Shown piece by piece: positions 19,810-31,253 of a DNA stretch of 64,000 nucleotides. The stretch comes from Lingula anatina (lineage: Eukaryota > Animalia > Brachiopoda). A program made the translations under genes and the position numbers. Within the stretch, counting starts at the first letter, position 1, and each line of letters opens with the position of its first letter. The notes under the pieces are model-generated. The model was not told where the DNA came from. It worked only from the letters and a program-made list of their open reading frames with translations, and ran no database searches. Where the stretch lies: NCBI GenBank assembly GCA_051362555.1, contig CM120640.1, positions 11,160,001 to 11,224,000 of the forward strand. Direction: 5' to 3'.

Positions 19810-21537
19810 ATGGTTCGCTTAAAAAATAGGTAATATAAAACACTTTGTAACTAGCTGTAACATAAAGCACTGTAATTCACAGACTGTGCCTGCTTTAGGT
19901 TTGAGCTTAAGTTGTATATAAGTTCATAACGATTGGACCTCTGTGGTACAGCCTCTCATATACTGTACATGTAGTTTATACATGTGCTACAGCGGTATTT
20001 ATGCATCACTGTGCGAGAATAAATATTGCTCGTTGACAACATATTAGACGAATAATTTAACACACATAAAAAGACTGTGAGTTCAAAAATGTAACAAAAG
20101 AATTGAAGTAATTATACATTTTAATGTATGTCATTGTAACAGTATCCCTACCCACCCCCCACACACACACACACATACACACACACACACAAACTGCCAC
20201 ACTTCATCCCCATTTGTGACGTGGAAGCCATGGTCAGTGCATGAGACACATTCATAATTGTTATTTGGCATTCATACATGTTTTTTGCATTAGTCACACA
20301 TTTTAATAAATTAAATTTCTAAAAGGATGTTGCTCATATCTCATTTTCTTTAAATGATTTCACTTTTTTATATTGTATTTAAATGTGGTTGTATCCGAAA
20401 TGAAAAGAAAAAAATGAAAATAACTTTTGTACATTGCAGATATTATCTTTGTGAAATCATTCCCACTGGTGAAAAAAAGCAAGGAACCCACTTGGTAGGG
20501 GGATTTACTGAGAGACTGGTGTTCAAAGCTGTTCAGAAAGAAGTACAGGATCTGCATGGAGACTATGGGCAGGGGGTTCTAATGGGATCATTCAGTGGTA
20601 TTTCCTATTATAGACATTAAATGATATTAATATAACCATGTAATAGAAAAAGGTAGAACATCAATCCTTCACAAAATGACCTTTTTTATATAGTTAAATG
20701 TAATTTTCATTTGCTGTCTTTTTAATCAGAATGGCAGTAGATGAAGACATGGCATTTCATGCAAAGCTTTACATTTTTAGGATCTGTGATTTTGTCCCAT
20801 GTCTCAGTAATTGGTGTCTTGAGACAAAGTTTTGATCCCTCTTCCAGTTTCATTGAAACCTCTGGTCAAACACCTATTAACAATGTTTTATTTTGCATCC
20901 AGATTTCATCTAAAATATCATTTTGTAAATTCATATTTAATATCAATTTCATTTATTTCAGTTAGTTATCTTAATCCAGACACAAACATGGTGATGATTC
21001 GAGCTGGTAGAGATTACCATATGCTAGTGGGGTCAGCCCTGCCACTGGTAAAGAAAATAGGACACCAGGAGGCATTTCTGAGAACAATACATTTAGGAGG
21101 TAAAGATTGTACAATGAAAAGAGAAGTTCACTCCAGATCTATTATTGCAGAATTTGAAAAGAATTGAAAAATAATTTTATCACTCCAGTTATGAAAATTA
21201 TCTTAGATGGTCCAACTCAGTGTGTGATTAGTTGTCAAACTGTCAAATATATAAACTTGAAATGTTTAAACATGTTGCATTAATAATTATCCAAAGAACT
21301 AAATTTTTGTTCTATCCAGTGCCATTTCAAATAACATATATGCATATTCACTTGTTCAGTGAGTATATGTTATTTCCTTTATTGAAACATCGTTTTTGAA
21401 TTAGATTATTAAATACTTCAGGTACCATCAGGTCTTGTCAGAAATTCCTAATCAAACATAACAAACAGTTTGTGAAGTCTGCTACTGAAGGTGTGGATGT
21501 GGCTGACCCAGAAGTCAAAGAGCAAGGAAATGGCTGA
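19810..21537 (+). CDS. POP5: Ribonuclease P/MRP protein subunit POP5, 4 exons
   Basis: Exons 19810-19829 (MVRLKNR), 20440-20597 (YYLCEI...LHGDYG), 20962-21099 (VSYLNPDT...TIHLGG), 21422-21537 (TIRSCQKFL...TGA); matches POP5 signatures MVRxKxRY and GGTIRxCQKFL. Confidence 0.9.
20151..20191. repeat. C-run plus (CA)n microsatellite
   Basis: Seen directly. Confidence 0.85.
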
Positions 21538-22328
21538 AGTGAAGCATTTGTGCATAGGGAAGAAGAAACGGGTGACTGGTCTCACCAGAAGTTCAACAGG
21601 AGCAGAGGCCTTGTCAACCAGACACACTATGTGTCAGGTTCTTGGTCATGCAGTAATCTCAACATTCCTTCTGCCTTATAATGAAGACATTTCATAACAA
21701 GCTTCATTAATATTCCACAGAAGATGGCAACATTTTTTTTTTTGATGTGAATGGTGGTAAATGATATGATTATGTGGTGAAATTGTGTAATCTTTTCATG
21801 ACATACTTAGAGGAGGAAGATCTAATTAAAGGTCACCTTTCTGAGATTTTCCAACCAAATCCAATATCATTGGAAAATGAACCATTTTTTCCTTTTCACA
21901 AACCATTGCTTGATCATATCCTGCACTTGGATTCCGTTTCATATCATCTTTAATTAAGTGATTCACCAAATACCCAGTCAGTCTTTTAGACTGCTGTCTT
22001 TCTGTATATTTCAGAAGGAATATTGACATATTTTTATTTGTCATACTTTTATTTGTCAGTGAGTGGTTTAATCATTTTTAGGTCTAAATTTAAAAGAAAA
22101 GTAGCTTTGCAGGATATGCATACAAAGAAAATGTGACTTTGGACAATTTATCTTTCAAATATTTAATGAAATACTTTTAAAATAAACTCATTAGATATTC
22201 AACAGGAAGATACTTGAGTTCTGATTCTAGCTGCTTGATGCTGCAGGTTTTCATAATTTTTGCTAAGTATGTTGTACTATGATTACATGCATTCTCCAGA
22301 TGGTGGTCCCATATGGTATTTTTTGTTT

Positions 22329-22480
22329 TATAACCTCCATCAAGGAGGTTATATTTTGCTTCCCATTAGTTTGTTGTTTGTGCACACCATTACGCAAAAA
22401 GTAATGGACGGATTTTGATGAAATATTTAGGATAGGTCCCAAATGGCCCTAGGAAGAAATGATTAGATTTTGGTGATGAA
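22329..22480 (+). mobile_element. Truncated HINE-type element related to family H2
   Basis: 5' hairpin ataacctccatcaaggaggttat followed by gattttgatgaaat...gattag..tttggtg, similar to 30861-31097. Confidence 0.55.
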
Positions 22481-22749
22481 CACTTATTAATTAATGAATA
22501 ATTAAAATTTTAAGATAGGTTAGAAATATGTCAAAAATGAATGCTTGTCTAGTATAAATATTGATATGACAAAATCTCTAGTGGTTAATGCTATTGTATA
22601 AAAGTTGAGTACAGGTAATAAAACCATACTGTAAATCAAACTGGCCTGTTCTTTCTTTAGCTATTGGACAAAGTTATTTTAAGAAAAACATTTTTAATGC
22701 ATTTTGGCACTAATTGACGTATTATTTTATTTATTTTTTATTATTCATT

Positions 22750-22752
<3 letters not shown>

Positions 22753-22817
<65 letters not shown>
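22753..22817. repeat. (TA)n followed by poly-T
   Basis: Seen directly. Confidence 0.9.
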
Positions 22818-22818
<1 letters not shown>

Positions 22819-23458
22819 GTAAAATGCAGGTTCAGATCCAAAAATTGTGTGAAAGTTATGGCACATTTTTGATGGAATACAATCCTGTTATCCAGTGATT
22901 ATTTTTTTCAATCTAATATATTGTGCCTCATAAAGTTTTGACATTAGAATTTTATCAAAACTTTCTCATTTTAAGGATAGAATAGTGCAAAAGACGCATT
23001 CATGTTTTTGAAGGTAGGCATACACTCTTCGGACTACTCGTGAAGTGTGTCACTGTAAACAATGAAAAGTTAGCTTTTCCCGATGTTTACTGGAATGTGC
23101 TTATTTGTGAAAAAAAATGATAAATGAGAAAGACTTTTCTGATAAGTGTCTGCATATTTGCTGCCTAGTTAAAACCAATATTTGTGACAGCTCAGATTGT
23201 TTCCTTACGTCACACTTTTCTAAGAATATTGCTTGTCAGTAAAGCCGGGATTGTGTTACTACAAGTAATTTTTTACTGTACTGGCATTGAGCACTGCTAA
23301 CCGGAATAGTTTTGCCATACGCCTGGCGGCAATGCCGTTAGTATGATGCCAATGCAGGTGATTAGAACCTTGGGGCAAAGCAGAAAACCGCGTATTCAGA
23401 ACATACTGTGATATAAAGACCAGAATACCATTGTCTGTTTCACTACATATTCTACAGG

Positions 23459-26400
23459 ATGTTATTGCCAACTTTGATATTTGTTGTTTTAAAATTGTCA
23501 AAAGGTAAGTTGTTCTTCTAAGAAAGTATTAATTAATATGTTGACAGAAATTTTCTGATTTTAAACATATGTAGGTCTCCGTTCAATGCGTATTATATTT
23601 ATTAGTATACAGTGATAAAATTAAATGTCAAATCTGTCCGAAGTTATTCTTAGACGGTTGTCGGAGCAGAGGAGAGGGGCAGCCTTCATCCAAAAGTTGG
23701 ACGAATTTTATATTTCACATCGACATTCTACGTGTACTATCAAATATATAATTCTTAATACGAGGTCGACATTTTCTGTTTGCGAAGATCAGACTATTTA
23801 ACCAGATTTCTCAAATTACGAGCATCCTTCATGCACTATATCTGATTGGTATACTTGGTAGGACTGGACCCTCACACCGTTAGCGCCTGTCACGGAGAAC
23901 CAATTCTTCTCCAATGCCCAGTTGGACAACAGATACATATCTTGAAGGAGGTCCTTGGTTTTAGCGTAGCTAGGCGCTGTCACCGCTCTCCTCAAGACGA
24001 GTGTGTTATGTACGGACCAACCAGTGCAAGGCATCTTTGTAACGGGAAGAATAGATGCGATCTCGTGCAATTTGAACAGAAGATCTGTCCAAGGCAGTCT
24101 GCTGAGCACACCACATATCAAGAGATAGAATTCATTTGTGCGCAAGGTAAAAATGTGTGTCCATATGTGTAGACCAAAAGAGGACGTAAATCTTTTTCAC
24201 CTTAACCTACGTATTACTTTTACTAGGACAAAATTGATTATTATAACATAAAGATAAACCATCTGGCTTCAAACAGTCGAGCTACAGCTGCAGTACAATT
24301 ACAATAATGAAATCGGGACTTGAATGCCTTCAATCAAAGTTAATAGTATAATATCAATCGAGAACATTCTTTCGCACATTTCTAGGACGTCGTTTAAATA
24401 TGTAAAATATAAATAGTACAGCAAATTACTCGTGGAAATCTTGTATTAGTAACTGGTTTGATTAGCATCTATGCTAGGTCGGAGATTATTCATAAATGTA
24501 GTAATTTTCTCACGCAGGGTACATAATGCCTCAAGGCATCGTTCGCGTAGCATGTTAATGTGAACCAAAACGGTTGTAAAACCGCATCTGGAAACCAAAT
24601 GTATTTTTCAACCGGTTGCATCATGCGGTTGGTTGCAAAATGCAACGTTACTAGTAGAGTTGCATTTTGCAACCGCAATGCTTATTGCAGCCGCAAAGCA
24701 ATTTGCAACCAGAGAAAAACATGAATATAAATTTTGGAACCACAATGCATTTTGTAACCATCTTTTTTCTTCTGAATTTTTTAAAGATCTATAGAGAAAC
24801 AGAAGTGTGGCCGAGATGAGGTTATAAATACACTGACCGTGCACGCCGAATCTGTTGGGACTGTCTTTGGGGGATTTAATTTCTTTATACATTTTAATTT
24901 CTGCTTTTTGCTCCTAGACGAGTGTGTTATGTACGGACCTTTAAAGTTGGAACTTAAAACTATATAATTCTATTATCAGGGACGTGCACGGACCCTCTTG
25001 AATTTCAGTGCAAATAAGGGTTGAGCAGTCTCTTTTTTTTCTTTTGCGCGGTGTAATTTCTGGTATCCTTTCGAAACCATTGATGTGACGAACTTGTACT
25101 TGCACATCCCTGATTCAAGTTCTACCAATCCCAAAATTAAAAATTTAGGAAGATAAAGCGGAAAGCACTTTGTAGAAAATAGGATCATCCAACCTCGGGG
25201 ACAGCTAGTCGCCTGCGTTTGCGAAGTGCCCTTGCACCTCTCTGATGATAGGTATATCAATTCCCTTATTCTGTTCCATCAGTATTTAATATTAGAACTA
25301 GAAAAGCAATCAGAGAGCGCAGACTTCCGCCAAGGCAGCAAAGTCTCCATCCAATCCGGTTTTACCCCTAAATTTTCGATATTTTTGATTATTGATTACT
25401 GATTGATTATTGATCCGGATCACCACCAAAAACTAATCATCTGTTCCTTGGACCACTTCTGACAGTTCCTGAAAATTTCAACAAAATCGGTCCATAACTT
25501 TTTGAGTTATGTTGATGACAGACAAACAGACAAACAAACAAACAGGGATGAAAACATGACCTCCTTGGCGGAGGTAATAATCCCATCATTACCCCACCTG
25601 TGTCTCTCTGTAGCTGTTCCTCCAACCGTTTCAGTGACTTAGAAAAAAAACTGCTAGTGGCGGTGCATTTTGCAACCGGTTTCAAAATGCGTTTTGTTGC
25701 AAAATACGGCCCTACACTGTACTTGGTCTCTGTTAGAGCCGAAGGAGCCACCTCTTTCAATATAACATTAGACTTTTGTTTCATAATAATCCCATGAGCG
25801 AGGTATGCCATAGTTACTACCCTAGGTTCTAGATTCCGGTATTGCCAGCTCGATCTTAATTTCATATATAACCCATATCAACAATAGCGACTCCATTACA
25901 AGGTATATATTTAACAAGCTAGCTTTTACGTTGCTCTGACACTCAGGGTAATAGTTACAGGCGTAGCGGTGAATCTTGAATGATCGCTGTTGCGAACTCG
26001 TGATTCAGTCCCCGTTTTTGTAGCATTTATTCCCACATCAAAATGACACATGGTGAAAATAAAATGCCATTAGTCTTACAAATATCAGTATTGGAGTTAT
26101 GCTCGAAAGTGGGATTACATATTGTACCAAGCGCCGCAAGGATCACTGAGAGATGTATTGAGACAAAATGTTCCACAGGCAATACCATGAGGTATTTTAA
26201 TATTAAAACATCAAAGTTTTCATTTCATTCAAGTGGATTAATTTTTTTTTCAAGGGGCGGGGGTGTAATCATATTTTATATGTACCACAGTATATCTGTT
26301 TCTTTTAATCCTTCTGTTGGTTATATTGATATTCTTTGATAATTTGCCAAAGAAACATAAAACTGAAGACTGATAAGTCGTCTCGGTTTTTTCCTTGTTT

Positions 26401-29112
26401 GTTTGTTGTGTGCGCGTGTGTGTGTGTTATATGTGGCTATCCTTTGCGTTTCAGGATCTTCAATCATAAACATTTGCAGTAATGTGTCTCTATCAGTAAA
26501 CAGCGCATATCTGGCTTCTCCGGGCTATCCTGGCACCTACCCAGCAACAGAGAAGTGCCAATGCTTCATCAGTGGAACTGGTGGAACAAAAGTCTACATG
26601 GACATTCTAAAGCTCGATATCAAGCACGGCAGACCTTGTCACGATTGGCTCGGTCTCACGCCCTCTGACGGCCAAACGGAGAGGATCTGCGGCGCGGCGC
26701 CAGTAGAAAGGGTGACTCGTAATGTCACTGTGAAATTCCACAGTGAAGACGCGTCAAGATACAGAGGGTTTTGGCTCTATTTTCAAAGTATGCAAGATCC
26801 TCTTCACGTTTTCAAATCTTATGCTGTCTTATGCTCATTAATCAATGTACTATATATTAATATATAATAAATAGTATCTACCAACTTCTTTTTTGTGGTA
26901 CCAATCAATTCTAATATCATACAGATGGAGCTTCAGTACATATCTCTCCAATATATAACTTTTATAAATTGCAAAACGGATTGATATATTCAAAATCACA
27001 TTTTTATTCACTTTTTTCACAGTTCTGCCTGAAGATTCGGAGAAAGAATTAACGGTTTTGTGTAACGATTACATTCCAAATGCAACGCTCAATGTTCCCG
27101 ACCGTGACCGATCCAAACGTCCAGATAACACTTCCCTTATTAAGCTAACTTCAGAAGTACCGTCAGAAACGCGTGCACGAAATAGACCTACAACGACTGC
27201 TTTGCCTACTACAACGCAGGATCTCAGCTGGGCTCGACATGTCCTGAGTGTCAGCGGTTGCTTTGGTCAACTGCTTACTTTCCGTTGCGAATTCAATGAG
27301 AGAATTAGAATACTTACCGATGTTTACGGCAGAGGCACAGACGGCGCGTGTGCATACCACGAGGGCGACTGTATTATAGAGAATGAGATTGAGCACAGCC
27401 ACGTGGTGAGGTTGTGCGGTGGAAGGCGACAGTGCAGTAATCTTATCGTCAACCATGTGTTCTGCCAAGAACAAGTGACAGAGTACCAATACGTGGAGTA
27501 CCAGTGCGTGCCAGGTAGGTCATATGCGTACCGACAAGAACTCATGGTATAATTGTTTAAATATCGTCATTTGTTTTGTCTTTGTCGCATATCGGTAACT
27601 TCATCATACATTTCCAATTAATTTTCTTTTGAATTTTTAAAACATTTGCATACATTTACATACTGCAATGGTTTAGGCTTTTCATCAAAATACTTGTTCT
27701 TTTTTGGAGGCCTACTGTTCTTCAAACAGTAGTAATATAGTGCACTTTCAACTTCATTGACACAAAGTTGTATTGACAAAACTGTACGCTGTTCTCATTA
27801 TTCTTTTTAGAATCTACAATTCACAACATATGTCAAGAGGGAGAGTTTTTCATCACCAGTGGTTTTCTAGAGAGTCCAAATTATCCTAACGTGTATAGTC
27901 CTGGCAAGAAGTGTTCTTGTGAAATATATGCACTGAAAAATCAAGAAGTGAAAGTGGAAATTCTGGACATGATGCTTCAGAGCGCCCACTGTATAGATTG
28001 GGTTGAGATAGGACCGGTTGGAGGCAATACTTCTAAAAAAATCTGTAGCTCAGCATATGGTATTTTTTCCGCTGTTGGCAAAATGAACATATTTTTCTTC
28101 AGTCAAGAACGTCCCGAGGGTTCCAAAAACTTGGAAACGCGGAAAGGTTTTTGGTTACATTTTATGGGTAAGTCAGTGTTTTACAATAGGAATGGTGAAG
28201 GTTACCGCCCACCTCAAATGAATGATGTATCATGCGCATGGTACCAAGTTCTGTCAAGAAAACACGTAGGCCCTATATATACGTGGGGGATGATTATTAG
28301 AAATGTAAAAGAAAAAGAATAAACCGAAGTTTGTTTCAATAATCCAATATATGTTTTATACTTGATTATTTTGCAAAGGTTCCGAAGAATTTCCTCTCCA
28401 AGTGCGGTGCAACATGGCAGCATCTGCTTCGGCACCCAAGACTACCAGTAGTACTGCGAGTGCGACCACAGCAACCACCACTGCGACAATCACCACCACC
28501 ACTTCTAGCACCACCAGTCTGATCAGCAGCACCATTGTCAAAAATTCCAGTATGCCTACAGTCAACCCCACAACCACAACGACCGAAGTGAATACAACTG
28601 CGTTATCAACTACTACCATTACCAATGGCAGCACCGCCGTTGCCTCAACTATACTGCCAACGATTGCAGAAACTGCAACCGCCATACAAATGGATAATAA
28701 TATAACAATTCCTATAAAATCAAATACGATACAGCATCACGCCACGTCAGCATTTTCACTCAGCTCAAACTCAACAGGTCAAAAAGTTATAAGCACATTT
28801 GTAAAAACCACGACAATCATCAACGCTGGGTTTTTATCAAACATGGAGAACGATGAAAGACCCATTTTTGTAGATGGCAGAACCACAACGCACAACTGGT
28901 TTAGTCGGTTAAGATTCAATTCCCATGACGATGATGAAGACGAAAGTCGTGGGCATTCAGCCGACCTTACTCCTCTAGTTCCAACTTCTGTTCCAACCAG
29001 GAGGGTCAGCATTGAACACAGTACTTCAAAAACTCGCTCCTTAGGGTTAAGAGTAGTTACACAAACGTTTATTTTTGTGATAGCTACCATACTAGCTTTT
29101 TCTGTAAATTAG
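23459..29112 (+). CDS. Secreted or surface-anchored protein: signal peptide, SUEL/Gal_Lectin-like, CUB, SUEL-like, CUB, Thr/Ser mucin stalk, hydrophobic C-terminus
   Basis: Exons 23459-23504 (MLLPTLIFVVLKLSK), 23862-24146 (ACHGE..LQC..CNGKNRC..YQEIEFIC), 26455-26787 (LASPGYPGTY..CHDWL..RICG..RGFWLYF), 27023-27514 (GCFGQ..YGR..CGGRRQC..YVEYQC), 27811-28167 (LESPNYPNVY..KGFWLHF), 28379-29112 (Thr-rich, ends FIFVIATILAFSVN); all five introns are phase 1. Confidence 0.85.
24560..24765. repeat. Decayed repeat with TGCATTTTGCAACC / GGTTGCAAAATGCA motifs in both orientations; related fragment at ~25655-25705
   Basis: Motif recurs several times; termini not resolved. Confidence 0.4.
25296..25580 (-). 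mobile_element. Short HINE-type element, family H2 copy 1
   Basis: ctagaaaagcaatcagagagcgcagacttccgccaagg ... (acag/acaa)n ... acctccttggcggaggtaataa; subTIR, terminal hairpin and microsatellite; inverted homolog at 30861-31097. Confidence 0.8.
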
Positions 29113-30860
29113 TCGAAATATGATTACTCGTCAGCTTCAGCTTTGTTTTAATGTTTATTGCATTGTCACATATTACATGTAGGCCTTGCTGCTGTAGTTA
29201 GTAGCTGTGCATTTTGATCTAAAACCAAATGTATTGGATACTAAAAGAATAAGAATGAAATACTAAAAATGAAAATAAAATAAAACATTTACTCTAAACC
29301 GTATCCAGAAATATTTCAAGATTTTAAAATGTGCCTTTTTTATCGAGTCGTGCATTAGGGATCAGACATAGGGCTACAGATGTACCCCTGAAATGCGGAG
29401 TAGAGGTAATGCTGAACGCATGGAGAACACTTCCATATTATCTGTTACGGCAATGATTGTGATAGTGAAGACAGTCCAAGGCAAACCGTTCAGCCCAATA
29501 ACATTTTATCAATCTTTTCAACATTGATTCGAGAGGGACACGGCCTGTGTCATTGAAATGGCGTCATTATAATTATATTTTACTGAATTTGCCCAAGAGC
29601 ACTGGCGAATATTTGTATCATTACTATCATCATCATTATTACCTTATTCTCTTCTTAACATAATCTGAAGACCGCAATAAAGGTATCCCGGTGTATCCTA
29701 GCGACAGGCCCTAAACCGGCCTGCAGCGTTTTCTGATCAGACGACGAAATATACACAGGAATTGTTGACATCATTATTGAAGTCTGAGACAGTGATTTGT
29801 TTTATTTTTGTAACGCATATTTCTTTCTTCTCATCAACCGACGACAACTTGGTACATGTATAGATCACATAATGATTATCAATCAGTACGTTTAATCATA
29901 TTCTGCAGCAATCTCATTCCCAACTGGACATATCTGAAGAGACCTGAACAAAACATGCCACGGGTTAATCGAGCGACTCTAGGGAAACGATGGTAAATAT
30001 TGACAAAACCAAACGCCGCGTAAAGAAAATGAAGCACGATGAAGCTATTCAGGGTTGCCATTAAAGGGTTAAGTGAAACGCACTTCAGCCGCCTGGTCTG
30101 TGGCAGCCTTGCCCTTCTTCCAAAAAAAATTGGATTTTTTTTGATATTCATAAATCAGTACTTCGCATTATATTTTATTATTGGCAGATGCAAAAAGGAG
30201 AAAAAAAAATGGGCTATTCACTGTCGCGAAAGCAAGCTACAAGTCAACTGATGAGTTTGTCAGACGTGTCTCATAATAGGTTCTTGTGGTAACGAGCTTT
30301 TCTGTACTGTCGCCTTTGGGACATTTTGAGATTAATTGCTACTTGGCTAAATGAATCTATAGCATTTTTTGTTCGGGTTTCTTTAGCTGTCTACAGTTGA
30401 ACGCTTTGCGTTTCATATCACTGCTTTAAAACCCTGAATATCTAAAATGCGACGGCTCTTGGGGACGCCGACTGGGTATGTTTATCAATTTACTCACTGG
30501 GTGATCTGTGGACAGGAAAATGAATGAAACATTTTACCTAACGCCTTAATATCTATACTGTATTGATAAATCAGAGCACACCGGTTATCTTCTCGGGAAT
30601 TACAAAAATCAAAATCGTGTTTGCGAGTGTATTTTTTTTCTGGTGAATGGTTTAATTTGCCATTGTGTGTCGGTATGGTACGTGACGTTCTTCGGGTCTG
30701 TACTAGCCTAGATGCGAATAATCTTACGATTTTTAATTTTTTATTATACAAATTAATTTTAGAATGTACACAGAGGAAAATCTGCCATCGGGATGCATAC
30801 CAGTATTAATGAAAATCTGATGGATGGTTTCCTTTGCACATTATCGGTTCCGGTACACCA

Positions 30861-31097
30861 TTTTTACCTCCGCCAATGAGGTTATGTTTTCACCCCTGTT
30901 TGTCTGTTTGCCTGTCATCAACATAACTCAAAAGTTATTGACCGATTTTGATGAAATTTTCAGGAACTGTCAGAAGTGGGCCAAGGAAGGGATGATTAGT
31001 TTTTGGTGGTGATCCGGATCAATAATCAATCAATAATCAATAATAATCAAAAATCGCTGTCTTGGCGGAGGTCTGCGCTCTCGGAGTGCTTTTCTAG
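30861..31097 (+). mobile_element. Short HINE-type element, family H2 copy 2
   Basis: tttttacctccgccaatgaggt ... cttggcggaggtctgcgctctcggagtgcttttctag followed by a T-run. Confidence 0.8.
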
Positions 31098-31253
31098 TTT
31101 TTTTGTTATAATTTACGTAGCTGTTATTTCTGTTTATTCCTAAAACAGCATCTAGATTTTTTCACATCGATTAACTTGTTGATTGCATAAACATATCTTA
31201 GCAACATATCAAATACAAATTCATTGACAAAAGAACACTCTATATGGCAATCA

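Noticed and set aside
28356-29090. Val-rich minus-strand ORFs
   Set aside because: Antisense shadow of the Thr-rich mucin exon.
30050-30072. piggyBac-like terminus (aaagggttaa)
   Set aside because: No matching second terminus found.
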